In this document: positions 1-15,300 of the stretch, in pieces
Position numbering within the stretch: position 1 is the stretch's first letter
Layout: the number at the start of each line of letters is the position of its first letter
NCBI GenBank assembly: GCA_900617105.1
Contig: UYFQ01000225.1
Location: 1 to 32,793, forward strand
Length of the DNA stretch: 32,793 nucleotides
Direction of reading: 5' to 3'
From: Hydrurus foetidus
Lineage: Eukaryota
Made by a program: the position numbers and the translations under genes
The notes under the pieces: generated by a model
Told to the model about the DNA's origin: nothing
The model's database searches: none
What the model saw: only the letters and a program-made list of their open reading frames with translations

Positions 1-3000
1 GCATCGATGATGGTACCGACGATGTCACATCTGATGGAGATATTGTGGGACGTGGTGTGGGAGACGAGGATGAAGGCATCGATGATGGTACCGACGATGT
101 CACATCTGATGGAGATATTGTGGGACGTGGTGTGGGAGACGAGGATGAAGGCATCGATGATGGTACCGACGATGTCACATCTGATGGAGATATTGTGGGA
201 CGTGGTGTGGGAGACGAGGATGAAGGCATCGATGATGGTACCGACGATGTCACATCTGATGGAGATATTGTGGGACGTGGTGTGGGAGACGAGGATGAAG
301 GCATCGATGATGGTACCGACGATGTCACATCTGATGGAGATATTGTGGGACGTGGTGTGGGAGACGAGGATGAAGGCATCGATGATGGTACCGACGATGT
401 CACATCTGATGGAGATATTGTGGGACGTGGTGTGGGAGACGAGGATGAAGGCATCGATGATGGTACCGACGATGTCACATCTGATGGAGACGTGGTGTGG
501 GAGACGAGGATGAAGGCATCGATGATGGTACCGACGATGTCACATCTGATGGAGATATTGTGGGACGTGGTGTGGGAGACGAGGATGAAGGCATCGATGA
601 TGGTACCGACGATGTCACATCTGATGGAGATATTGTGGGACGTGGTGTGGGAGACGAGGATGAAGGCATCGATGATGGTACCGACGATGTCACATCTGAT
701 GGAGATATTGTGGGACGTGGTGTGGGAGACGAGGATGAAGGCATCGATGATGGTACCGACGATGTCACATCTGATGGAGATATTGTGGGACGTGGTGTGG
801 GAGACGAGGATGAAGGCATCGATGATGGTACCGACGATGTCACATCTGATGGAGATATTGTGGGACGTGGTGTGGGAGACGAGGATGAAGGCATCGATGA
901 TGGTACCGACGATGTCACATCTGATGGAGACGAGGATGAAGGCATCGATGATGGTACCGACGATGTCACATCTGATGGAGATATTGTGGGACGTGGTGTG
1001 GGAGACGAGGATGAAGGCATCGATGATGGTACCGACGATGTCACATCTGATGGAGATATTGTGGGACGTGGTGTGGGAGACGAGGATGAAGGCATCGATG
1101 ATGGTACCGACGATGTCACATCTGATGGAGACGTGGTGTAGACGAGGATGAAGGCATCGATGATGGTACCGACGATGTCACATCTGATGGAGATATTGTG
1201 GGACGTGGTGTGGGAGACGAGGATGAAGGCATCGATGATGGTACCGACGATGTCACATCTGATGGAGATATTGTGGGACGTGGTGTGGGAGACGAGGATG
1301 AAGGCATCGATGATGGTACCGACGATGTCACATCTGATGGAGATATTGTGGGACGTGGTGTGGGAGACGAGGATGAAGGCATCGATGATGGTACCGACGA
1401 TGTCACATCTGATGGAGATATTGTGGGACGTGGTGTGGGAGACGATGAAGGCATCGATGATGGTACCGACGATGTCACATCTGATGGAGATATTGTGGGA
1501 CGTGGTGTGGGAGACGAGGATGAAGGCATCGATGATGGTACCGACGATGTCACATCTGATGGAGATATTGTGGGACGTGGTGTGGGAGACGAGGATGAAG
1601 GCATCGATGATGGTACCGACGATGTCACATCTGATGGAGATATTGTGGGACGTGGTGTGGGAGACGAGGATGAAGGCATCGATGATGGTACCGACGATGT
1701 CACATCTGATGGAGATATTGTGGGACGTGGTGTGGGAGACGAGGATGAAGGCATCGATGATGGTACCGACGATGTCACATCTGATGGAGATATTGTGGGA
1801 CGTGGTGTGGGAGACGAGGATGAAGGCATCGATGATGGTACCGACGATGTCACATCTGATGGAGATATTGTGGGACGTGGTGTGGGAGACGAGGATGAAG
1901 GCATCGATGATGGTACCGACGATGTCACATCTGATGGAGATATTGTGGGACGTGGTGTGGGAGACGAGGATGAAGGCATCGATGATGGTACCGACGATGT
2001 CACATCTGATGGAGATATTGTGGGACGTGGTGTGGGAGACGAGGATGAAGGCATCGATGATGGTACCGACGATGTCACATCTGATGGAGATATTGTGGGA
2101 CGTGGTGTGGGAGACGAGGATGAAGGCATCGATGATGGTACCGACGATGTCACATCTGATGGAGATATTGTGGGACGTGGTGTGGGAGACGAGGATGAAG
2201 GCATCGATGATGGTACCGACGATGTCACATCTGATGGAGATATTGTGGGACGTGGTGTGGGAGACGAGGATGAAGGCATCGATGATGGTACCGACGATGT
2301 CACATCTGATGGAGATATTGTGGGACGTGGTGTGGGAGACGAGGATGAAGGCATCGATGATGGTACCGACGATGTCACATCTGATGGAGATATTGTGGGA
2401 CGTGGTGTGGGAGACGAGGATGAAGGCATCGATGATGGTACCGACGATGTCACATCTGATGGAGATATTGTGGGACGTGGTGTGGGAGACGAGGATGAAG
2501 GCATCGATGATGGTACCGACGATGTCACATCTGATGGAGATATTGTGGGACGTGGTGTGGGAGACGAGGATGAAGGCATCGATGATGGTACCGACGATGT
2601 CACATCTGATGGAGATATTGTGGGACGTGGTGTGGGAGACGAGGATGAAGGCATCGATGATGGTACCGACGATGTCACATCTGATGGAGATATTGTGGGA
2701 CGTGGTGTGGGAGACGAGGATGAAGGCATCGATGATGGTACCGACGATGTCATATGAGACGAAGGATGAAGGCATCGATGATGGTACCGACGATGTCACA
2801 TCTGATGGAGATATTGTGGGACGTGGTGTGGGAGACGAGGATGAAGGCATCGATGATGGTACCGACGATGTCACATCTGATGGAGATATTGTGGGACGTG
2901 GTGTGGGAGACGAGGATGAAGGCATCGATGATGGTACCGACGATGTCACATCTGATGGAGATATTGTGGGACGTGGTGTGGGAGACGAGGATGAAGGCAT

Positions 3001-6000
3001 CGATGATGGTACCGACGATGTCACATCTGATGGAGATATTGTGGGACGTGGTGTGGGAGACGAGGATGAAGGCATCGATGATGGTACCGACGATGTCACA
3101 TCTGATGGAGATATTGTGGGACGTGGTGTGGGAGACGAGGATGAAGGCATCGATGATGGTACCGACGATGTCACATCTGATGGAGATATTGTGGGACGTG
3201 GTGTGGGAGACGAGGATGAAGGCATCGATGATGGTACCGACGATGTCACATCTGATGGAGATATTGTGGGACGTGGTGTGGGAGACGAGGATGAAGGCAT
3301 CGATGATGGTACCGACGATGTCACATCTGATGGAGATATTGTGGGACGTGGTGTGGGAGACGAGGATGAAGGCATCGATGATGGTACCGACGATGTCACA
3401 TCTGATGGAGATATTGTGGGACGTGGTGTGGGAGACGAGGATGAAGGCATCGATGATGGTACCGACGATGTCACATCTGATGGAGATATTGTGGGACGTG
3501 GTGTGGGAGACGAGGATGAAGGCATCGATGATGGTACCGACGATGTCACATCTGATGGAGATATTGTGGGACGTGGTGTGGGAGACGAGGATGAAGGCAT
3601 CGATGATGGTACCGACGATGTCACATCTGATGGAGATATTGTGGGACGTGGTGTGGGAGACGAGGATGAAGGCATCGATGATGGTACCGACGATGTCACA
3701 TCTGATGGAGACGTGGTGTGGGAGACGAGGATGAAGGCATCGATGATGGTACCGACGATGTCACATCTGATGGAGATATTGTGGGACGTGGTGTGGGAGA
3801 CGAGGATGAAGGCATCGATGATGGTACCGACGATGTCACATCTGATGGAGATATTGTGGGACGTGGTGTGGGAGACGAGGATGAAGGCATCGATGATGGT
3901 ACCGACGATGTCACATCTGATGGAGATATTGTGGGACGTGGTGTGGGAGACGAGGATGAAGGCATCGATGATGGTACCGACGATGTCACATCTGATGGAG
4001 ATATTGTGGGACGTGGTGTGGGAGACGAGGATGAAGGCATCGATGATGGTACCGACGATGTCACATCTGATGGAGATATTGTGGGACGTGGTGTGGGAGA
4101 CGAGGATGAAGGCATCGATGATGGTACCGACGATGTCACATCTGATGGAGATATTGTGGGACGTGGTGTGGGAGACGAGGATGAAGGCATCGATGATGGT
4201 ACCGACGATGTCACATCTGATGGAGATATTGTGGGACGTGGTGTGGGAGACGAGGATGAAGGCATCGATGATGGTACCGACGATGTCACATCTGATGGAG
4301 ACAGAGGATGAAGGCATCGATGATGGTACCGACGATGTCACATCTGATGGAGATATTGTGGGACGTGGTGTGGGAGACGAGGATGAAGGCATCGATGATG
4401 GTACCGACGATGTCACATCTGATGGAGATATTGTGGGACGTGGTGTGGGAGACGAGGATGAAGGCATCGATGATGGTACCGACGATGTCACATCTGATGG
4501 AGATATTGTGGGACGTGGTGTGGGAGACGAGGATGAAGGCATCGATGATGGTACCGACGATGTCACATCTGATGGAGATATTGTGGGACGTGGTGTGGGA
4601 GACGAGGATGAAGGCATCGATGATGGTACCGACGATGTCACATCTGATGGAGATATTGTGGGACGTGGTGTGGGAGACGAGGATGAAGGCATCGATGATG
4701 GTACCGACGATGTCACATCTGATGGAGACGAGGATGAAGGCATCGATGATGGTACCGACGATGTCACATCTGATGGAGATATTGTGGGACGTGGTGTGGG
4801 AGACGAGGATGAAGGCATCGATGATGGTACCGACGATGTCACATCTGATGGAGATATTGTGGGACGTGGTGTGGGAGACGAGGATGAAGGCATCGATGAT
4901 GGTACCGACGATGTCACATCTGATGGAGACAAGGATGAAGGCATCGATGATGGTACCGACGATGTCACATCTGATGGAGATATTGTGGGACGTGGTGTGG
5001 GAGACGAGGATGAAGGCATCGATGATGGTACCGACGATGTCACATCTGATGGAGATATTGTGGGACGTGGTGTGGGAGACGAGGATGAAGGCATCGATGA
5101 TGGTACCGACGATGTCACATCTGATGGAGATATTGTGGGACGTGGTGTGGGAGACGAGGATGAAGGCATCGATGATGGTACCGACGATGTCACATCTGAT
5201 GGAGATATTGTGGGAAGACGATGAAGGCATCGATGATGGTACCGACGATGTCACATCTGATGGAGATATTGTGGGACGTGGTGTGGGAGACGAGGATGAA
5301 GGCATCGATGATGGTACCGACGATGTCACATCTGATGGAGATATTGTGGGACGTGGTGTGGGAGACGAGGATGAAGGCATCGATGATGGTACCGACGATG
5401 TCACATCTGATGGAGATATTGTGGGACGTGGTGTGGGAGACGAGGATGAAGGCATCGATGATGGTACCGACGATGTCACATCTGATGGAGATATTGTGGG
5501 ACGTGGTGTGGGAGACGAGGATGAAGGCATCGATGATGGTACCGACGATGTCACATCTGATGGAGATATTGTGGGACGTGGTGTGGGAGACGAGGATGAA
5601 GGCATCGATGATGGTACCGACGATGTCACATCTGATGGAGATATTGTGGGACGTGGTGTGGGAGACGAGGATGAAGGCATCGATGATGGTACCGACGATG
5701 TCACATCTGATGGAGATATTGTGGGACGTGGTGTGGGAGACGAGGATGAAGGCATCGATGATGGTACCGACGATGTCACATCTGATGGAGATATTGTGGG
5801 ACGTGGTGTGGGAGACGAGGATGAAGGCATCGATGATGGTACCGACGATGTCACATCTGATGGAGATATTGTGGGACGTGGTGTGGGAGACGAGGATGAA
5901 GGCATCGATGATGGTACCGACGATGTCACATCTGATGGAGATATTGTGGGACGTGGTGTGGGAGACGAGGATGAAGGCATCGATGATGGTACCGACGATG

Positions 6001-9000
6001 TCACATCTGATGGAGATATTGTGGGACGTGGATGAAGGCATCGATGATGGTACCGACGATGTCACATCTGATGGAGATATTGTGGGACGTGGTGTGGGAG
6101 ACGAGGATGAAGGCATCGATGATGGTACCGACGATGTCACATCTGATGGAGATATTGTGGGACGTGGTGTGGGAGACGAGGATGAAGGCATCGATGATGG
6201 TACCGACGATGTCACATCTGATGGAGACGTGGTGTGGGAGAAGGATGAAGGCATCGATGATGGTACCGACGATGTCACATCTGATGGAGATATTGTGGGA
6301 CGTGGTGTGGGAGACGAGGATGAAGGCATCGATGATGGTACCGACGATGTCACATCTGATGGAGATATTGTGGGACGTGGTGTGGGAGACGAGGATGAAG
6401 GCATCGATGATGGTACCGACGATGTCACATCTGATGGAGATATTGTGGGACGTGGTGTGGGAGACGAGGATGAAGGCATCGATGATGGTACCGACGATGT
6501 CACATCTGATGGAGATATTGTGGGACGTGGTGTGGGAGACGAGGATGAAGGCATCGATGATGGTACCGACGATGTCACATCTGATGGAGACGAGGATGAA
6601 GGCATCGATGATGGTACCGACGATGTCACATCTGATGGAGATATTGTGGGACGTGGTGTGGGAGACGAGGATGAAGGCATCGATGATGGTACCGACGATG
6701 TCACATCTGATGGAGATATTGTGGGACGTGGTGTGGGAGACGAGGATGAAGGCATCGATGATGGTACCGACGATGTCACATCTGATGGAGATATTGTGGG
6801 ACGTGGATGAAGGCATCGATGATGGTACCGACGATGTCACATCTGATGGAGATATTGTGGGACGTGGTGTGGGAGACGAGGATGAAGGCATCGATGATGG
6901 TACCGACGATGTCACATCTGATGGAGATATTGTGGGACGTGGTGTGGGAGACGAGGATGAAGGCATCGATGATGGTACCGACGATGTCACATCTGATGGA
7001 GATATTGTGGGACGTGGTGTGGGAGACGAGGATGAAGGCATCGATGATGGTACCGACGATGTCACATCTGATGGAGACGAGGATGAAGGCATCGATGATG
7101 GTACCGACGATGTCACATCTGATGGAGATATTGTGGGACGTGGTGTGGGAGACGAGGATGAAGGCATCGATGATGGTACCGACGATGTCACATCTGATGG
7201 AGATATTGTGGGACGTGGTGTGGGAGACGAGGATGAAGGCATCGATGATGGTACCGACGATGTCACATCTGATGGAGACAAGAGATGAAGGCATCGATGA
7301 TGGTACCGACGATGTCACATCTGATGGAGATATTGTGGGACGTGGTGTGGGAGACGAGGATGAAGGCATCGATGATGGTACCGACGATGTCACATCTGAT
7401 GGAGATATTGTGGGACGTGGTGTGGGAGACGAGGATGAAGGCATCGATGATGGTACCGACGATGTCACATCTGATGGAGATATTGTGGATGAAGAGGCAT
7501 CGATGATGGTACCGACGATGTCACATCTGATGGAGATATTGTGGGACGTGGTGTGGGAGACGAGGATGAAGGCATCGATGATGGTACCGACGATGTCACA
7601 TCTGATGGAGATATTGTGGGACGTGGTGTGGGAGACGAGGATGAAGGCATCGATGATGGTACCGACGATGTCACATCTGATGGAGACGTGGTGTGGGAGA
7701 CGAGGATGAAGGCATCGATGATGGTACCGACGATGTCACATCTGATGGAGATATTGTGGGACGTGGTGTGGGAGACGAGGATGAAGGCATCGATGATGGT
7801 ACCGACGATGTCACATCTGATGGAGATATTGTGGGACGTGGTGTGGGAGACGAGGATGAAGGCATCGATGATGGTACCGACGATGTCACATCTGATGGAG
7901 ATATTGTGGGACGTGGTGTGGGAGACGAGGATGAAGGCATCGATGATGGTACCGACGATGTCACATCTGATGGAGATATTGTGGGACGTGGTGTGGGAGA
8001 CGAGGATGAAGGCATCGATGATGGTACCGACGATGTCACATCTGATGGAGATATTGTGGGACGTGGTGTGGGAGACGAGGATGAAGGCATCGATGATGGT
8101 ACCGACGATGTCACATCTGATGGAGAGATGTGGCATCGATGATGGTACCGACGATGTCACATCTGATGGAGATATTGTGGGACGTGGTGTGGGAGACGAG
8201 GATGAAGGCATCGATGATGGTACCGACGATGTCACATCTGATGGAGATATTGTGGGACGTGGTGTGGGAGACGAGGATGAAGGCATCGATGATGGTACCG
8301 ACGATGTCACATCTGATGGAGACATTGATGATGAAGGCATCGATGATGGTACCGACGATGTCACATCTGATGGAGATATTGTGGGACGTGGTGTGGGAGA
8401 CGAGGATGAAGGCATCGATGATGGTACCGACGATGTCACATCTGATGGAGATATTGTGGGACGTGGTGTGGGAGACGAGGATGAAGGCATCGATGATGGT
8501 ACCGACGATGTCACATCTGATGGAGATATTGTGGGACGTGGTGTGGGAGACGAGGATGAAGGCATCGATGATGGTACCGACGATGTCACATCTGATGGAG
8601 ATATTGTGGGAGACGATGAAGGCATCGATGATGGTACCGACGATGTCACATCTGATGGAGATATTGTGGGACGTGGTGTGGGAGACGAGGATGAAGGCAT
8701 CGATGATGGTACCGACGATGTCACATCTGATGGAGATATTGTGGGACGTGGTGTGGGAGACGAGGATGAAGGCATCGATGATGGTACCGACGATGTCACA
8801 TCTGATGGAGATATTGTGGGACGTGGTGTGGGAGACGAGGATGAAGGCATCGATGATGGTACCGACGATGTCACATCTGATGGAGATATTGTGGGACGTG
8901 GTGTGGGAGACGAGGATGAAGGCATCGATGATGGTACCGACGATGTCACATCTGATGGAGATATTGTGGGACGTGGTGTGGGAGACGAGGATGAAGGCAT

Positions 9001-12000
9001 CGATGATGGTACCGACGATGTCACATCTGATGGAGATATTGTGGGACGTGGTGTGGGAGACGAGGATGAAGGCATCGATGATGGTACCGACGATGTCACA
9101 TCTGATGGAGATATTGTGGGACGTGGTGTGGGAGACGAGGATGAAGGCATCGATGATGGTACCGACGATGTCACATCTGATGGAGATATTGTGGGACGTG
9201 GTGTGGGAGACGAGGATGAAGGCATCGATGATGGTACCGACGATGTCACATCTGATGGAGATATTGTGGGACGTGGTGTGGGAGACGAGGATGAAGGCAT
9301 CGATGATGGTACCGACGATGTCACATCTGATGGAGATATTGTGGGACGTGGTGTGGGAGACGAGGATGAAGGCATCGATGATGGTACCGACGATGTCACA
9401 TCTGATGGAGATATTGTGGGACGTGGTGTGGGAGACGAGGATGAAGGCATCGATGATGGTACCGACGATGTCACATCTGATGGAGATATTGTGGGACGTG
9501 GTGTGGGAGACGAGGATGAAGGCATCGATGATGGTACCGACGATGTCACATCTGATGGAGATATTGTGGGACGTGGTGTGGGAGGATGAAGGCATCGATG
9601 ATGGTACCGACGATGTCACATCTGATGGAGATATTGTGGGACGTGGTGTGGGAGACGAGGATGAAGGCATCGATGATGGTACCGACGATGTCACATCTGA
9701 TGGAGATATTGTGGGACGTGGTGTGGGAGACGAGGATGAAGGCATCGATGATGGTACCGACGATGTCACATCTGATGGAGATATTGTGGGACGTGGTGTG
9801 GGAGACGAGGATGAAGGCATCGATGATGGTACCGACGATGTCACATCTGATGGAGATATTGTGGGACGTGGTGTGGGAGACGAGGATGAAGGCATCGATG
9901 ATGGTACCGACGATGTCACATCTGATGGAGATATTGTGGGACGTGGTGTGGGAGACGAGGATGAAGGCATCGATGATGGTACCGACGATGTCACATCTGA
10001 TGGAGATATTGTGGGACGTGGTGTGGGAGACGAGGATGAAGGCATCGATGATGGTACCGACGATGTCACATCTGATGGAGACGAGGATGAAGGCATCGAT
10101 GATGGTACCGACGATGTCACATCTGATGGAGATATTGTGGGACGTGGTGTGGGAGACGAGGATGAAGGCATCGATGATGGTACCGACGATGTCACATCTG
10201 ATGGAGATATTGTGGGACGTGGTGTGGGAGACGAGGATGAAGGCATCGATGATGGTACCGACGATGTCACATCTGATGGAGATATTGTGGGACGTGGTGT
10301 GGGAGACGAGGATGAAGGCATCGATGATGGTACCGACGATGTCACATCTGATGGAGATATTGTGGGACGTGGTGTGGGAGACGAGGATGAAGGCATCGAT
10401 GATGGTACCGACGATGTCACATCTGATGGAGATATTGTGGGACGTGGTGTGGGAGACGAGGATGAAGGCATCGATGATGGTACCGACGATGTCACATCTG
10501 ATGGAGATATTGTGGGACGTGGTGTGGGAGACGAGGATGAAGGCATCGATGATGGTACCGACGATGTCACATCTGATGGAGATATTGTGGGACGTGGTGA
10601 AGGCATCGATGATGGTACCGACGATGTCACATCTGATGGAGATATTGTGGGACGTGGTGTGGGAGACGAGGATGAAGGCATCGATGATGGTACCGACGAT
10701 GTCACATCTGATGGAGATATTGTGGGACGTGGTGTGGGAGACGAGGATGAAGGCATCGATGATGGTACCGACGATGTCACATCTGATGGAGATATTGTGG
10801 GACGTGGTGTGGGAGACGAGGATGAAGGCATCGATGATGGTACCGACGATGTCACATCTGATGGAGATATTGTGGGTGATGGTGATGGTTCAGATGAAGG
10901 CATCGATGATGGTACCGACGATGTCACATCTGATGGAGATATTGTGGGACGTGGTGTGGGAGACGAGGATGAAGGCATCGATGATGGTACCGACGATGTC
11001 ACATCTGATGGAGATATTGTGGGACGTGGTGTGGGAGACGAGGATGAAGGCATCGATGATGGTACCGACGATGTCACATCTGATGGAGACAAGGATGAAG
11101 GCATCGATGATGGTACCGACGATGTCACATCTGATGGAGATATTGTGGGACGTGGTGTGGGAGACGAGGATGAAGGCATCGATGATGGTACCGACGATGT
11201 CACATCTGATGGAGATATTGTGGGACGTGGTGTGGGAGACGAGGATGAAGGCATCGATGATGGTACCGACGATGTCACATCTGATGGAGATATTGTGGGA
11301 CGTGGTGTGGGAGACGAGGATGAAGGCATCGATGATGGTACCGACGATGTCACATCTGATGGAGATATTGTGGGACGTGGTGTGGGAGACGAGGATGAAG
11401 GCATCGATGATGGTACCGACGATGTCACATCTGATGGAGATATTGTGGGACGTGGATGGTTCAGATGAAGGTATCGATGATGGTACCGACGATGTCACAT
11501 CTGATGGAGATATTGTGGGACGTGGTGTGGGAGACGAGGATGAAGGCATCGATGATGGTACCGACGATGTCACATCTGATGGAGATATTGTGGTGATGAG
11601 GATGGTTCAGATGTTGGTATCGATGATGGTACCGACGATGTCACATCTGATGGAGATATTGTGGGACGTGGTGTGGGAGACGAGGATGAAGGCATCGATG
11701 ATGGTACCGACGATGTCACATCTGATGGAGATATTGTGGGACGTGGTGTGGGAGACGAGGATGAAGGCATCGATGATGGTACCGACGATGTCACATCTGA
11801 TGGAGATATTGTGGGACGTGGTGTGGGAGACGAGGATGAAGGCATCGATGATGGTACCGACGATGTCACATCTGATGGAGATATTGTGGGACGTGGTGTG
11901 GGAGACGAGGATGAAGGCATCGATGATGGTACCGACGATGTCACATCTGATGGAGATATTGTGGGACGTGGTGTGGGAGACGAGGATGAAGGCATCGATG

Positions 12001-12371
12001 ATGGTACCGACGATGTCACATCTGATGGAGATATTGTAGGTGATAAAGATGGTTCAGATGTTGGTATCGATGATGGTACCGACGATGTCACATCTGATGG
12101 AGATATTGTGGGACGTGGTGTGGGAGACGAGGATGAAGGCATCGATGATGGTACCGACGATGTCACATCTGATGGAGATATTGTGGGACGTGGTGTGGGA
12201 GACGAGGATGAAGGCATCGATGATGGTACCGACGATGTCACATCTGATGGAGATATTGTGGGACGTGGTGTGGGAGACGAGGATGAAGGCATCGATGATG
12301 GTACCGACGATGTCACATCTGATGGAGATATTGTGGGACGTGGTGTGGGAGACGAGGATGAAGGCATCGAT
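1..12371 (-). repeat. Coding tandem array A: 75-bp unit, roughly 165 copies, peptide PSSSSPTPRPTISPSDVTSSVPSSM
   Basis: The unit gcatcgatgatggtaccgacgatgtcacatctgatggagatattgtgggacgtggtgtgggagacgaggatgaag repeats almost without substitutions, with occasional shortened or hybrid units. The array continues past position 1. Confidence 0.98.
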
Positions 12372-15300
12372 GTCGGTACCGACGATGGCGCATCTGATGG
12401 TAACAGTGTGGGTGATGAGGATGGTTCAGATGTTGGTATCGATGTCGGTACCGACGATGGCGCATCTGATGGTAACAGTGTGGGTGATGAGGATGGTTCA
12501 GATGTTGGTATCGATGTCGGTACCGACGATGGCGCATCTGATGGTAACAGTGTGGGTGATGAGGATGGTTCAGATGTTGGTATCGATGTCGGTACCGACG
12601 ATGGCGCATCTGATGGCAACAGTGTGGGTGATGAGGATGGTTCAGATGTTGGTATCGATGTCGGTACCGACGATGGCACATCTGATGGTAACAGTGTGGG
12701 TGATGAGGATGGTTCAGATGTTGGTATCGATGTAGGTGCCGACGATGGCCTGACTGACGGTGCCGATGTCGGTACCGACGACGGCGCATCTGATGGTAAC
12801 AGTGTGGGTGATGAGGATGGTTCAGATGTTGGTATCGATGTCGGTACCGACGATGGCGCATCTGATGGTAACAGTGTGGGTGATGAGGATGGTTCAGATG
12901 TTGGTATCGATGTCGGTACCGACGATGGCGCATCTGATGGTAACAGTGTGGGTGATGAGGATGGTTCAGATGTTGGTATCGATGTCGGTACCGACGATGG
13001 CGCATCTGATGGTAACAGTGTGGGTGATGAGGATGGTTCAGATGTTGGTATCGATGTCGGTACCGACGATGGCGCATCTGATGGTAACAGTGTGGGTGAT
13101 GAGGATGGTTCAGATGTTGGTATCGATGTCGGTACCGACGATGGCACATCTGATGGCAACAGTGTGGGTGATGAGGATGGTTCAGATGTTGGTATCGATG
13201 TCGGTACCGACGATGGCGCATCTGATAGCAACAGTGTGGGTGATGAGGATGGTTCAGATGTTGGTATCGATGTCGGTACCGACGATGGCGCATCTGATGG
13301 TAACAGTGTGGGTGATGAGGATGGTTCAGATGTTGGTATCGATGTCGGTACCGACGATGGCGCATCTGATGGTAACAGTGTGGGTGATGAGGATGGTTCA
13401 GATGTTGGTATCGATGTCGGTGCCGACGATGGCCTGACTGACGGTGCCGATGTCGGTACCGACGACGGCGCATCTGATGGTAACAGTGTGGGTGATGAGG
13501 ATGGTTCAGATGTTGGTATCGATGTCGGTGCCGACGATGGCCTGATGTTGGTACCGATGTCGGTACCGACGATGGCGCATCTGATGGTAACAGTGTGGGT
13601 GATGAGGATGGTTCAGATGTTGGTATCGATGTCGGTACCGACGATGGCGCATCTGATGGTAACAGTGTGGGTGATGAGGATGGTTCAGATGTTGGTATCG
13701 ATGTCGGTACCGACGATGGCGCATCTGATGGTAACAGTGTGGGTGATGAGGATGGTTCAGATGTTGGTATCGATGTCGGTACCGACGATGGCGCATCTGA
13801 TGGTAACAGTGTGGGTGATGAGGATGGTTCAGATGTTGGTATCGATGTCGGTACCGACGATGGCGCATCTGATGGTAACAGTGTGGGTGATGAGGATGGT
13901 TCAGATGTTGGTATCGATGTCGGTACCGACGATGGCACATCTGATGGTAACAGTGTGGGTGATGAGGATGGTTCAGATGTTGGTATCGATGTCGGTGCCG
14001 ACGATGGCCTGACTGACGGTGCCGATGTCGGTACCGACGACGGCGCATCTGATGGTAACAGTGTGGGTGATGAGGATGGTTCAGATGTTGGTATCGATGT
14101 CGGTACCGACGATGGCGCATCTGATGGTAACAGTGTGGGTGATGAGGATGGTTCAGATGTTGGTATCGATGTCGGTACCGACGATGGCGCATCTGATGGT
14201 AACAGTGTGGGTGATGAGGATGGTTCAGATGTTGGTATCGATGTCGGTACCGACGATGGCGCATCTGATGGTAACAGTGTGGGTGATGAGGATGGTTCAG
14301 ATGTTGGTATCGATGTCGGTACCGACGATGGCGCATCTGATGGTAACAGTGTGGGTGATGAGGATGGTTCAGATGTTGGTATCGATGTCGGTACCGACGA
14401 TGGCGCATCTGATGGTAACAGTGTGGGTGATGAGGATGGTTCAGATGTTGGTATCGATGTCGGTACCGACGATGGCGCATCTGATGGCAACAGTGTGGGT
14501 GATGAGGATGGTTCAGATGTTGGTATCGATGTCGGTACCGACGATGGCGCATCTGATGGTAACAGTGTGGGTGATGAGGATGGTTCAGATGTTGGTATCG
14601 ATGTCGGTACCGACGATGGCCTGACTGACGGTGCCGATGTCGGTACCGACGACGGCGCATCTGATGGTAACAGTGTGGGTGATGAGGATGGTTCAGATGT
14701 TGGTATCGATGTCGGTACCGACGACGGCGCATCTGATGGTAACAGTGTGGGTGATGAGGATGGTTCAGATGTTGGTATCGATGTCGGTACCGACGATGGC
14801 GCATCTGATGGTAACAGTGTGGGTGATGAGGATGGTTCAGATGTTGGTATCGATGTCGGTACCGACGATGGCGCATCTGATGGTAACAGTGTGGGTGATG
14901 AGGATGGTTCAGATGTTGGTATCGATGTCGGTACCGACGATGGCGCATCTGATGGTAACAGTGTGGGTGATGAGGATGGTTCAGATGTTGGTATCGATGT
15001 CGGTACCGACGATGGCCTGACTGATGGTGCCGATGTCGGTACCGACGATGGCGCATCTGATGGTAACAGTGTGGGTGATGAGGATGGTTCAGATGTTGGT
15101 ATCGATGTCGGTACCGACGATGGCGCATCTGATGGTAACAGTGTGGGTGATGAGGATGGTTCAGATGTTGGTATCGATGTCGGTACCGACGATGGCGCAT
15201 CTGATGGTAACAGTGTGGGTGATGAGGATGGTTCAGATGTTGGTATCGATGTCGGTACCGACGATGGCGCATCTGATGGTAACAGTGTGGGTGATGAGGA

